Part shown: positions 8,639 to 17,456 of the stretch, in pieces
Layout of the letters: every line of letters begins with the position of its first letter
How positions within the stretch are numbered: position 1 is the stretch's first letter
DNA from: a bacterium
Lineage (GTDB): Bacteria; UBA8248; JACPRG01; G963555815
Assembly: GCA_965261595.1 (NCBI GenBank)
Contig: CBDHDG010000001.1
Span: 64,001 to 128,000 of the forward strand
Length of the DNA stretch: 64,000 nucleotides
Direction: 5' to 3'
Notes under the pieces: model-generated
Told to the model about the DNA's origin: nothing
What the model saw: the letters and a program-made list of their open reading frames with translations, nothing else
The model's database searches: none
Made by a program: the position numbers and the translations under genes

Positions 8639-9391
8639 ATGATTCTGGAAGGGAAGACCGCAATCATCACCGGGCCGGCGACGGGGATCGGCGCGGCAAC
8701 GGCCCGCCGCTTTTCACGCGAAGGGGCGAACCTCGCCCTGGTGGACATCGATGAATCCGGCCTGGCCGGAATCGAGCGGGCGTGCCGGGAGAACGGGGCG
8801 AACGTGCTGCGCCTGGCGAAAGACGTCTCGGATCTCGCCGTCATGGATGAGATCGCGGAGAAAACGGCGGAGGCCTTCGGGGGCATTGACATCCTCGTCA
8901 ACAACGCCGCCGTCCGGGAGTTCAAACCATTCCTGGAGGTGCGGCCCGAGGATTTCTCCAAGGCGCTGGAGGTGAACGTCGCCGGTTACTTTTTCATGAT
9001 CCAGAAGGTTCTTCCGTACATGATCGAGCGCGGCGGCGGGAAGATCATCAACCTGGCGTCCATCTTCGGGTTCGTGGGCTGCCTGGGCCTTTCGACCTAT
9101 TGCGTCACCAAGGGCGCCGTCGTCAACATGACCCGGACGCTCGCCCTGGAGCTGGCGGACAAGAACATCCGCGTCAACGCCATCGCCTCGGGCCCCATCG
9201 AAACGGAAGGGCTGAAGAAGGTGGTCGCGTCGGACCCCGCGCTGATGGAACAAAGGGTGCGGGACGTGGCCATGCGCCGCTTGGGAACGACGGAGGAGGT
9301 GGCCGAAGCGTGCCTCTTTCTCGCCGGCGACGCCTCGAGCTACGTCAACGGCCACAACCTGGTCGCGGACGGCGGATATTTGACGCACTGA
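8639..9391 (+). CDS. Short-chain dehydrogenase/reductase (FabG-like SDR)
   Basis: TGPATGIG, DILVNNA, YCVTKG (YxxxK), IRVNAI, ADGG. Confidence 0.93.
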   Translation: MILEGKTAIITGPATGIGAATARRFSREGANLALVDIDESGLAGIERACRENGANVLRLAKDVSDLAVMDEIAEKTAEAFGGIDILVNNAAVREFKPFLEVRPEDFSKALEVNVAGYFFMIQKVLPYMIERGGGKIINLASIFGFVGCLGLSTYCVTKGAVVNMTRTLALELADKNIRVNAIASGPIETEGLKKVVASDPALMEQRVRDVAMRRLGTTEEVAEACLFLAGDASSYVNGHNLVADGGYLTH

Positions 9392-9521
9392 GCGATGGTT
9401 TCCCGGTCCGTTCGGCGTCCCACCGCCACCGGGGGGAGGGGGGGGGCGGGGAAACCCGTGGAAGGGCGGCGGCGCCGGACGACGCGCCGAAAGCTCGCGC
9501 CGCTCCGGCTCGAAGGAGGAA

Positions 9522-9998
9522 ATGTCCATGACGCCGGCCGACCACGATCACTTCATGGGATTGGCCATCGAGGAATCCCGCCTGGCCCTGGAGGCGGGCA
9601 ACGCCCCCGTCGGGTCCGTCATCGTCCGGGACGGAGAAGTCATCGGGCGCGGGTGGAACCGTGTCAACTCGGACGCGAATCCGACCCTCCACGGCGAGAC
9701 CGACGCCATCCGGGACGCTTGTGAAAACCTCGGGACGCCGGACCTCTCCGGCGCCATCCTCTTTACAGCGATGGAGCCCTGTCCCATGTGCTGCTGGGCC
9801 ATCGTGGAAGCGGGAATCGAACGGCTGGTCCTGGGCGCCCGGCACGCGGACATGAAAAGGACGGACTACGGGGATTATTCCGTCGAGAAGCTCTTGACGA
9901 TGGCGAACAGAAAGTTGCACATCGTCACGGGCGTCCGGTCGGCCGAGTGCGAGGCCCTCCGGAGAAGCTGGCCGGGGTGGAGAGAGCCGCGGGCGTAA
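9522..9998 (+). CDS. Zn-dependent nucleoside/nucleobase deaminase (CDA superfamily, guanine deaminase/TadA-like)
   Basis: PVGSVIV, HGE and EPCPMC motifs; RBS aaggagga. Confidence 0.92.
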   Translation: MSMTPADHDHFMGLAIEESRLALEAGNAPVGSVIVRDGEVIGRGWNRVNSDANPTLHGETDAIRDACENLGTPDLSGAILFTAMEPCPMCCWAIVEAGIERLVLGARHADMKRTDYGDYSVEKLLTMANRKLHIVTGVRSAECEALRRSWPGWREPRA

Positions 9999-10086
9999 TC
10001 CCTTGCTTTCCCGGGGTGCGAACCCATCTCTTGAATCCTGAAACCGCGAGGGAAGCCGGGTCCGGCAATCGAAAGGAGGTGGACCG

Positions 10087-10917
10087 ATGAGCCGTTGGAT
10101 CCAGGAGATGACGTGGCCGGACATCGCCGAACACCTGGAGAGGGGGAGGGGGGACACGGTGCTCGTGCCCGTAGGCGCAACGGAGCAGCACGGGCGGCAC
10201 TGCCCGATGGGGACGGACGCGGCGGAGGCCGTCGCCACGGCGGAAGGCGTCGCCGAAAGGACGGATGCGCTGATCGCCCCGCCCCTCTGGTTCGGCTGGT
10301 CGCCCCATCACTTGGCGTTTCCCGGAACCATTTCCCTTTCGGCGGACACACTGACCCGTGCGGCGGAGGACGTCTGTCACAGCCTCATCCATCACGGTTT
10401 CAAACATCTCGTCATTCTCAACGGCCACCGGGTCGCCAACCTGGCGCCGCTGGAGATAGCCATGGTCCGCGTGCGGAATACAACCGGCGCGGCGGTGGCC
10501 CTGGTGGACCTGGCCCTGGTGGCGGGAAAGGAGATTCGGGCCGTTTGCGAGAGCCCGCCGGGCGGCATCGGCCACGCGTGCGAGTCCGAAACGTCATTCA
10601 TGCTTTACAAGCACCCCGGCCTGGTTAAGATGGACGAGGCGGTGGACCGGATTCCCGAGATGGGCGAATTTGAACACCGGTTCGTCTCGGTGGACCACGC
10701 GGTGAACAGGATTGAGAACGTCAAGCTGTCCTTTCCGCCGACCATCGAGGAGTACGGCGGGGACGGGAAGGTCTCAGGCGTGGGAGGCGCCCCGACCCTG
10801 GCAACAGCGGAAAAAGGAGAGAAGATCTATGATGCGATCGTCGCCAATACGGTCCGATTCGTGGAGTCGTTCAAGGAAGTTCCCGTGACCATCAAGGGAA
10901 CTTTCCCCCCGCTTTGA
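10087..10917 (+). CDS. Creatininase/creatinine amidohydrolase family protein
   Basis: PVGATEQHGRHCPMGTD, SPHHLAFPGTIS, NGH, GHACESETS; RBS aaggaggt. Confidence 0.92.
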   Translation: MSRWIQEMTWPDIAEHLERGRGDTVLVPVGATEQHGRHCPMGTDAAEAVATAEGVAERTDALIAPPLWFGWSPHHLAFPGTISLSADTLTRAAEDVCHSLIHHGFKHLVILNGHRVANLAPLEIAMVRVRNTTGAAVALVDLALVAGKEIRAVCESPPGGIGHACESETSFMLYKHPGLVKMDEAVDRIPEMGEFEHRFVSVDHAVNRIENVKLSFPPTIEEYGGDGKVSGVGGAPTLATAEKGEKIYDAIVANTVRFVESFKEVPVTIKGTFPPL

Positions 10918-11142
10918 CCGGACCGGCCGGGCATGGAAAGTTTCAAAGAGCGGGCCGGGCCGCCCGGGAGATGGACCCAAGCCAAACCCGCGCGGGAATT
11001 GGCAAATTCCGGCTGTTCATGTTATTCTCCCGCCATCGGCGGTAGGAGATGGGAAACGCGATTCCCCCGAATGCGCCTTTCCTTTTTCCGGCCGAGAAGG
11101 GCGGGCTGTATACCGAAAAGTGTCCGTGGGAGCAGGGTTGTG

Positions 11143-11323
11143 ATGGGGCGAATACTGAGATTGGTGATCGGTGTGATGATGGTTCTGACCCTGGGGGCTT
11201 GCGCCCTCTCCGACTCCTTCGGTGATGTGGATCGGGAGCCGATGTCGGATTTCGAGATTAATCGATACCGCTATGAGTTTTACCTGAAAATGGTTCCGGC
11301 GCAACGCAATTATTATGAGGGAT
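11143..11323 (+). pseudogene. Lipoprotein gene, 5' fragment truncated by IS3 copy 1
   Basis: MGRILRLVIGVMMVLTLGAC lipobox signal; frame runs directly into the IS end at 11324. Confidence 0.6.
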
Positions 11324-11369
11324 TGGACCGCCCCTGGGTTATTGGACACTCGGGTGAGGGTATTCGACC

Positions 11370-12278
11370 TCATGCGGCCTCCGCAACTTGAGCGAGTTTT
11401 TCCTGCCTTGCCTGGGCCGGCGTTCGGTAGCCGTAGCCCTCGAGAATCCAATGATGGTTGTACAGGTTTTTGAACTCAAGCAGCGCCCACCGCAGTTCCT
11501 CTACGGTGGCGAAAGAGCGCACCCACAGGAGATTCTCCTTTAAGATGCGGATGAACCACTCACAGTAGCCATTTCCCTCGGGCGCCCGCACGAAGCTGGG
11601 CGAACTGGTCATGCCCAGGTAGGCGATCTCCCGCTGAAAGTCATCGGACAGATAGGCGGGGCCGTGGTCGTGACGAACTTTAAGCCCCTCGGCGACGTCC
11701 GCCTCCAAGCCGGCGAAGCGCTCGGCGACCCCCTGCCGGATCGGCTCCAGGGCCTCGAAGCGGTTGCCGCTCTTGGCCGCATGGATCCCCACGCAGTCCA
11801 CCGAGCAGTGATCCACCGCCACGAACACCGAGGCCACCCCCTCCTCGGTGGTCACCGTCGTCGTCATGTCCGTGCCCCACATTCGGTCGGGCCGCTCGGT
11901 GCGGATGGTCCCGTTGTGGGCCTTGGGACCTCGGGGTTTGCCCACCCGGTGGGGGGCCTGAAGCCCCGCCTCCCGCATCAGGCGACGCACCCGCTCCTTG
12001 CTGGTGCGGATGCCCGCGAAGCGCAGCCTCGCCCACACCTTGCGGTAGCCCTCGCCATGGAAGGGAGAGTCCTCCAGGACCTGCCGGATGTGGCCGAGGA
12101 GTTCCGCATCGGTGCACGGGCCCACAGGGCCGCGCTTATTGGGCGTGGGGCGTTCATGAACGGGGACCGCCTCTCGCCGCCGTTGCGCGTAGACCGTGGA
12201 GCGCGCCAAGCCCCAAAGGGCGCACACCCGCTTCAGGCCGTAGGCTCTGCCCGTGGAGGTGAAGCGGGCCTGACTCAT
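11370..12278 (-). CDS. IS3-family transposase OrfB (DDE integrase core)
   Basis: GYRKVWARL, RVRRLMRE, WGTD, HDHG, PEGNGYCE; ATGA overlap with orfA. Confidence 0.92.
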   Translation of the reverse strand: MSQARFTSTGRAYGLKRVCALWGLARSTVYAQRRREAVPVHERPTPNKRGPVGPCTDAELLGHIRQVLEDSPFHGEGYRKVWARLRFAGIRTSKERVRRLMREAGLQAPHRVGKPRGPKAHNGTIRTERPDRMWGTDMTTTVTTEEGVASVFVAVDHCSVDCVGIHAAKSGNRFEALEPIRQGVAERFAGLEADVAEGLKVRHDHGPAYLSDDFQREIAYLGMTSSPSFVRAPEGNGYCEWFIRILKENLLWVRSFATVEELRWALLEFKNLYNHHWILEGYGYRTPAQARQEKLAQVAEAA

Positions 12279-12661
12279 CGCCTCCACCTCCTGCCGGCTA
12301 AAGGGCGGCCGGCCTCCAGGCGGTCGATCTTCTCCCGCAGGACCTCGCCCTCCATCGTGAGTTCGCCCACCTTGGCCTTGAGCCGGGCGTTCTCCTCGGC
12401 CCGCTCATCCGCCGGGCGGGCTTTGAGCGCCGCCTCGCCCCCGCGAAGGAACGCCTCGCGCCAGGCGGAAAGCCGAGCCGCTGTCGTGCCCAACTCGCGG
12501 CAGAGCGTCTCCAGGCTCTCGCCCCGCAAAAGACGCAGGACCGCCTCCCGCTTGCGCTGGCAGGAGAACCGACCCCGCTCACTGCGATGCCCTGGGGCCT
12601 TGGCTCCGTTCGCCCTGCGGGCGCCCTCCGCCAAAGCCCCCTCTTGCTTTTGTTCGTTCAT
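12275..12661 (-). CDS. IS3-family transposase OrfA (HTH)
   Basis: RFSCQRKREAVLRLLRGESLETLCRELG...W, ENARLKAKVGELTME zipper. Confidence 0.9.
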   Translation of the reverse strand: MNEQKQEGALAEGARRANGAKAPGHRSERGRFSCQRKREAVLRLLRGESLETLCRELGTTAARLSAWREAFLRGGEAALKARPADERAEENARLKAKVGELTMEGEVLREKIDRLEAGRPLAGRRWRR

Positions 12662-12727
12662 CGCGACACCCCTTTCTCCATGAATCATGGATCAATCGAG
12701 TGTCCAACAAAACCCTAGAGCGGGGGA

Positions 12728-12844
12728 GCAGCCGGCTAGATACTCACCGTCCAATTCTATCTTGAGATTCTTTGAGTAGGCCCCCCACGACAGCTTCAGC
12801 CGTTTCGATCCGCCCTTTTCGAATGCAAACTGCTTTTTTGGCAT
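12728..12844 (-). pseudogene. 5' fragment of a hypothetical gene truncated by IS3 copy 1
   Basis: Purine-rich RBS then ATG at 12844: MPKKQFAFEKGGSKRLKLSWGAYSKNLKIELDGEYLAG, running into the IS end. Confidence 0.5.
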
Positions 12845-12883
12845 CACCCCCCCCCTTTCTACGCTTAATGTTTCGCTTCTTTC

Positions 12884-13276
12884 TTATGAACCATCTCCCC
12901 TCGCAACCTTTAGCCCCGGCCCATTCCATATCAAATCCGGACGGGTCCGTCCCGGCCACTCGTTGCTGTTTAGCCGATTAGACCGCTCTCTGAGGAAATT
13001 GTCAACAGTTATGCTGATCCTGAAGCCCAAATTTTGCCGGAGTCGCTTGGCAAAAGGATGCCGTCCTGGCCTGTAAACGAACTGGACCGGCAGGTTAAGC
13101 GCCTTGGCCGTTGTGTGGACTCCGATTAGGACGCTAGACGCGGGACTGGGCGCAATCGGCTTATCCCGATCCAGATGAGGACAAAAACCATCCCTAAACA
13201 CGCCTAGCTCGGCCAACTTGAAGATGATCTGCCGGGCGTTGCGGGCGATCCTGTACCCCTTTTCGATGATCGTCAC
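12884..13276 (-). CDS. Hypothetical protein, possibly excisionase-like HTH (may be decayed)
   Basis: Segment LIGVHTTAKALNLPVQFVYR...PFAKRL...RIS resembles the HTH_17/Xis pattern; low-GC region near an att-like repeat. Confidence 0.3.
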   Translation of the reverse strand: MTIIEKGYRIARNARQIIFKLAELGVFRDGFCPHLDRDKPIAPSPASSVLIGVHTTAKALNLPVQFVYRPGRHPFAKRLRQNLGFRISITVDNFLRERSNRLNSNEWPGRTRPDLIWNGPGLKVARGDGS

Positions 13277-13758
13277 CTAACACGCCTGCAGCGACCAGTG
13301 CCCTATGCGCCTCACGAGCAGCGGGGTGGCGCGGAAGGGTGGAGGCGGGGATTGATCTTGCCAGTTCTACGCGCGACCAGACGAGTACGAAAATGAAATC
13401 GCGAAAATTTTTTTAAAATATTTTCCTCAGCCCGCGAGAACGTCCGATAGCGTCATCTCGGCGCGTGAAAAGCGATCTTGGCATACCGGTCCCAGGAGGG
13501 CTGAGCTCGTAGATCTGCGTTCTGCTGAAAGAGCTAGCGAGAGAGCCTTTCAGCTCATAGCTGACCTGGGGCCGCGTGACGTGCAGAAATGGCGGGAATC
13601 GAAGACGGATAAGGGGGTTGCTGGCCTGCCCTTTTTCGAGCAAGAGGACGAACGGCAGATGGATCTCCAAAGCTCGTAGCTTTCGGCTACGCCACCAGCC
13701 TGAGGCCCTTGCGCTGATGCAGACGGCCAACTATTCTTAAACAGGTGTTACGGACACA

Positions 13759-13776
13759 TCCCCCTGGGGACGCCAA
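13759..13776 (+). repeat. att-like direct repeat 1 (tRNA-Glu 3' end)
   Basis: TCCCCCTGGGGACGCCAA, identical to 16328-16345; fits the T-arm, acceptor stem and CCA of tRNA-Glu. Confidence 0.8.
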
Positions 13777-13940
13777 AATAAATCAATTACTTACAAAGAC
13801 CCTGCCACCCTCCCCTCTTGCATGGTGTCCATATAGGTTGTCCAAGCGATGGATTGCGACCCGCTTGTGGCCTGCCCCGATTGTCCCCCGGCCCACATAG
13901 GCCGACCTCGGCCATTCTGGTATGCTGTCCAGGAAAAAGG

Positions 13941-14041
13941 AAAAAGGGGTCAGATCTATTTTTCGCGTCCCTTTTTTGTCCCCTATTTTTCGAAGTCAAC
14001 CGATATCGGTTATGACGGAAAAATAGATCTGTCCCCTTTTT
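13941..14041. repeat. 23-bp inverted repeat pair with GGGG(T/A)CAG core, REP/TIR-like
   Basis: aaaaaggggtcagatctattttt (13941-13963) and aaaaatagatctgtccccttttt (14019-14041), 22/23 match; internal palindrome aaccgatatcggtt. Confidence 0.8.
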
Positions 14042-14195
14042 GTCATATCCCATATCCTATGCCCGGCTTTCGTTCAGCAGGTCGAGAACAACCTTTCGCA
14101 CAAAAGCCGAGAAGGCCCGGCGGGGCTTCCATCGTCCCGCGTCCTAGCCGACACTTCCGTGGTCGCGCCTATACCGGTCGAATAAGGAGATCTTG

Positions 14196-15470
14196 ATGTC
14201 GGACGAGAGCCCTCGAAACCAGAACGCCGCCGCTCCGCCGGCCCGGTGGATGTACCCCATCGCCGGCATTCTGATGATGCTCTGCATCGGAAACGTCTAC
14301 TCCTGGTCTGTCTTCGCAAAGCCGCTCTGGAAGGAGGGATTCGATCCCGCACAGACGACGTTCGCCTTCCAGATGAGCATCGTCATCTTCACGATCGCGA
14401 TGATCTTTGCGGGACGCTGGCAGGATAAGGCAGGGCCCCGGCCGGTTGCCGTCTTCTCCGGAATCATGATGGGCCTCGGGTTCATTCTCATCAAATGGTT
14501 CGGCCACACCGAGACCGGGATGCTCGTCTGCTTCTCCGGTATCGTCGGTATCGGCATGGGCGCCGGCTACGTCACGCCGCTCGCCACCGCGCTCAAGTGG
14601 TACCCGGACAAGCGCGGCCTCATGAGCGGCCTCGTCGCCTTGGGGATGGGCGCCGGCTCGATCTTCGGCGGCATGGGCGGCCCGATCCTCATCGAGCGCT
14701 ACGGCGTCTGGAACACCTTCGTCATCTTCGGCATCGTCTTCGGCGCCATCATCACGGGCTGCGGCCTTGTCTTGAAGAACTTGCCCGAGGGCTACCAGCC
14801 GCCCGTGCCCGTCTCGAAGGCCGGCGCCACGCCGGCGAAGCCCGCGGCCGTCTCGGTCGACTGGAGGGCTACCGAGATGTTGCGGACCGCTCCGTTTTAC
14901 CTGCTCTGGCTCGTATTCCTGATCGGCACCGGCGGCGGCCTGATGGTGATCTCGCAGACCGCGAACTTCGGCGAGGACATCGTCGGCCTCACGAATGTGG
15001 TCGCCGGCTCGGTCATCATGATTCTCGGTGTCTTCAACGGCGCCGGCCGCCCCGTATGCGGCGCGCTCTCGGACAAGATCGGCCGCCGCAACGTCATATT
15101 CGTCGCCTTCGCCGTCCAGATCCCCGCGCTCGTCTTCTTCCTCCCGAACGCATCGAGCTACTGGATGTACGCGATCGGAGTCGTGCTCATGGGCTTCTCG
15201 TACGGCGGCTTCCTCGGCACGATGCCCTCGATCACGTCCGACTACTACGGCCTCAAGAACGTCGGCCTCAACTACGCCTGGGTCTACACCGGCTGGGGCG
15301 CGGCCGGATACTTCGGCCCTCAGGTCGCCAAGGTGTTGGTCGGCGGCTCCGTCGACCGCAGCGACTGGAATCAGGCCTTCTACTTCATCGCCGGCGCCTG
15401 CGTCGTCGGGATGGTTCTCTGGTTCTTCACCAAGCCGCCCGTGAAGCAGGTCGAGGCCGTTCGGCCCTAG
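14196..15470 (+). CDS. MFS transporter, oxalate:formate antiporter (OFA/YhjX) family
   Basis: GNVYSWSVF, GRWQDKAGPR, GAGYVTPLATALKWYPDKRGL, NGAGRP.CGALSDKIGR, YGLKNVGLNY; ~12 TM; RBS aaggag. Confidence 0.92.
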   Translation: MSDESPRNQNAAAPPARWMYPIAGILMMLCIGNVYSWSVFAKPLWKEGFDPAQTTFAFQMSIVIFTIAMIFAGRWQDKAGPRPVAVFSGIMMGLGFILIKWFGHTETGMLVCFSGIVGIGMGAGYVTPLATALKWYPDKRGLMSGLVALGMGAGSIFGGMGGPILIERYGVWNTFVIFGIVFGAIITGCGLVLKNLPEGYQPPVPVSKAGATPAKPAAVSVDWRATEMLRTAPFYLLWLVFLIGTGGGLMVISQTANFGEDIVGLTNVVAGSVIMILGVFNGAGRPVCGALSDKIGRRNVIFVAFAVQIPALVFFLPNASSYWMYAIGVVLMGFSYGGFLGTMPSITSDYYGLKNVGLNYAWVYTGWGAAGYFGPQVAKVLVGGSVDRSDWNQAFYFIAGACVVGMVLWFFTKPPVKQVEAVRP

Positions 15471-15688
15471 CTTCGCCAATATCCCGTCCACGGGACACTG
15501 GTGCGCAGGTTGTTCACCCGCGGAACGCGGAGCGCATTGAGATCCATACCACAAGCCGGCTGGGCACGGCGCGCATATGAGCAGCTCACCGTCGTGGGGC
15601 ATGGGATGACACTGGCGAAACACGCGCTGGCCTGGCCTGCAATGCGGTCAGGTCAAGGCATTCCCTGCGAGGTAAGCACGCCGAACGA

Positions 15689-15985
15689 CTACGCGGCTGT
15701 GCTCCACTCGTATCGGTGGTGGAGCCCGGCGACACGTGGAAGGGCTACGACCATCGCATCGGCCGACGGCCTCGGCTGCACTGGTCGGGGCTTGGGAGGG
15801 TCTTTGTCCAGACCGAGGTGGCAGCGGTCGTCATGATAGTAGTTCAGGTAATCGCGCACCAGACGGCAGAGGTGGACCTCATCGAGAACGATCACGTGGT
15901 TGAGCAAATCCTCTCGACAACTTCTGACCCAGCGCTCCGCGGTTCCATTTTGCCATGGACTTCGATACGTTGTGCGCTTGACCTT
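15689..15985 (-). pseudogene. C-terminal fragment of an integrase-core (rve) DDE transposase
   Basis: SPWQNGTAERWVRSCREDLLNHVIVLDEVHLCRLVRDYLNYYH...HLGLDKDPP...GLHHRYEW; N-terminus absent. Confidence 0.8.
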
Positions 15986-16327
15986 TATACCCTCCAGGGA
16001 AATTGCCCGTGGTCCAAAGAACGTCGCTTAGAGAGCGTCTATGGGCTTCACTTTTGGGCGGAAGTCACAGAATTGGCCACTTCCATGGCCGGTTGGTGGG
16101 TCGGCGCAGGAGGCCACAGACGGGGGGCGTTTTCAGGTGGGAGGAGGTGCCTGGGGAGGAGGCGTCCCTCTCCGTACGGGCGAAGCTGGTGGAAGGGTCG
16201 TTTGGCACAAGCGATAGAATCGGGGAGGTACACAGGAATTGCTAAAGATGGTACGTTGAACTAAGCGTACGGGCGAACTTAATTTAATTTACCTGGCGTT
16301 GAGGACTCACAGGCCAATGGCTTCCCC

Positions 16328-16345
16328 TCCCCCTGGGGACGCCAA
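16328..16345 (+). repeat. att-like direct repeat 2 (tRNA-Glu 3' end)
   Basis: TCCCCCTGGGGACGCCAA, identical to 13759-13776; GC-rich host-like sequence resumes after it. Confidence 0.8.
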
Positions 16346-16522
16346 CAACCCGGCAAAGATCCCGGCGCCCCCCCGCCCGCTGAAGCTATAGTCAACACAA
16401 GGCTCCCCCGGTGGACAGTCAGCCGTCAAAGGCCGGCCCTCCCGATTTTCTCGCGCCGCGGGCCGATTTGAACCTGTTTTTGTTCCTTGAGTTTCGGTAG
16501 AATTCAGCGAGGGGCATCCACA

Positions 16523-17287
16523 ATGGGAAATCGTGTGAAGGACAAGGTCGCGATCGTCACGGGGGCCGGGCGGGGCCTGGGCGAGCATATCGCGCGGGCG
16601 TATTGCCGGGAAGGCGCCCAAGTGGTCCTGACAGCCCGGTCCGATGATGAAATTCAAGGCGTTGCGTCTGATTTGAACGCGGCGGGATTGCCGGCCTTTG
16701 CGGTTTCAGGGGACGTGAGGGACGAAGAGGACGTACGCGCGGTCTTCTCCCGAGCCAGGGCGGCCTTCGGGCCGGTGGACATCCTGGTGAACAACGCCGG
16801 CGCGAATCAGTTGAAGCCCTTCACAGAAACGACGGTCGAGGAGTGGGATCGCATCCTGACGACGAACCTCAGGGGCGCGTTCCTCTGCGTCCGCGAGGCC
16901 CTGACGGACATGGTCCCGAACCGGAGCGGCGCAATCCTTAACATCAGCTCGGGCTTCGGCAGCCGGCCCTTTCCGAATTTCACCGCCTACTGCGCGTCCA
17001 AGTTCGGCTTGGAAGGGTTCACGCTCTCGCTCGCGATGGAGATGGAGGCCGAAGGCATACGTGTGAACACCCTTCATCCCGGAGGGGTGTGCGACACCAC
17101 GATCGGGGCGGCCACCGCGCCCACCGACCTCCCTCGGGAACAATGGCTCCCCGCCGACATCCTGGTCGAGCCGGCCGTCTTCCTGGCCTCGGAAGAAGGG
17201 CGAGCCGTCACCGGCCAATGCATCAACGCGAAGGGGTGGCCGAAGGGACGCGAGGCCGGGGTGAAACCCGGGGACGAGGCGGGCTGA
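16523..17287 (+). CDS. Short-chain dehydrogenase/reductase (SDR)
   Basis: TGAGRGLG, DILVNNAG, NISS, YCASKF, GIRVN. Confidence 0.93.
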   Translation: MGNRVKDKVAIVTGAGRGLGEHIARAYCREGAQVVLTARSDDEIQGVASDLNAAGLPAFAVSGDVRDEEDVRAVFSRARAAFGPVDILVNNAGANQLKPFTETTVEEWDRILTTNLRGAFLCVREALTDMVPNRSGAILNISSGFGSRPFPNFTAYCASKFGLEGFTLSLAMEMEAEGIRVNTLHPGGVCDTTIGAATAPTDLPREQWLPADILVEPAVFLASEEGRAVTGQCINAKGWPKGREAGVKPGDEAG

Positions 17288-17456
17288 CGCCCGTTTCCAA
17301 ACCGCCGAGCCGGGTGCGTACGCAGCCCGAGGCTCCCGGACGCTGACATTTCGAGTGCGGCCGGGAATCCACTCAACCTGAATGGCGCGCGGAGGACGAC
17401 CCAAACCGGAAGTCGCCGAATCCTCGCGGCTTCAACCGCCCTGCGGGAAACAACGC

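Larger units (their letters stand above)
11324..12727 (-). mobile_element. IS3-family insertion sequence, copy 1 (1404 bp; no target duplication)
   Basis: Ends tggaccgcccctgggttattggacac and (reverse complement) tcccccgctctagggttttgttggacac; near-identical to 33271-34674; flanks ggat|...|gcag. Confidence 0.92.

Noticed and set aside
13320..13425. Phage cos-like site
   Set aside because: Only vague resemblance; no terminase or HNH gene nearby
13759..13776. Intact tRNA-Glu gene here or at 16328
   Set aside because: Only the last ~17 nt are present; upstream sequence lacks the TTC T-loop, anticodon arm and D arm
14196..15470. Functional link between the OFA-family transporter and the OOR-like enzyme
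   Set aside because: They are 20 kb apart, the transporter sits in a separate island with different codon usage, and OFA members carry diverse monocarboxylates
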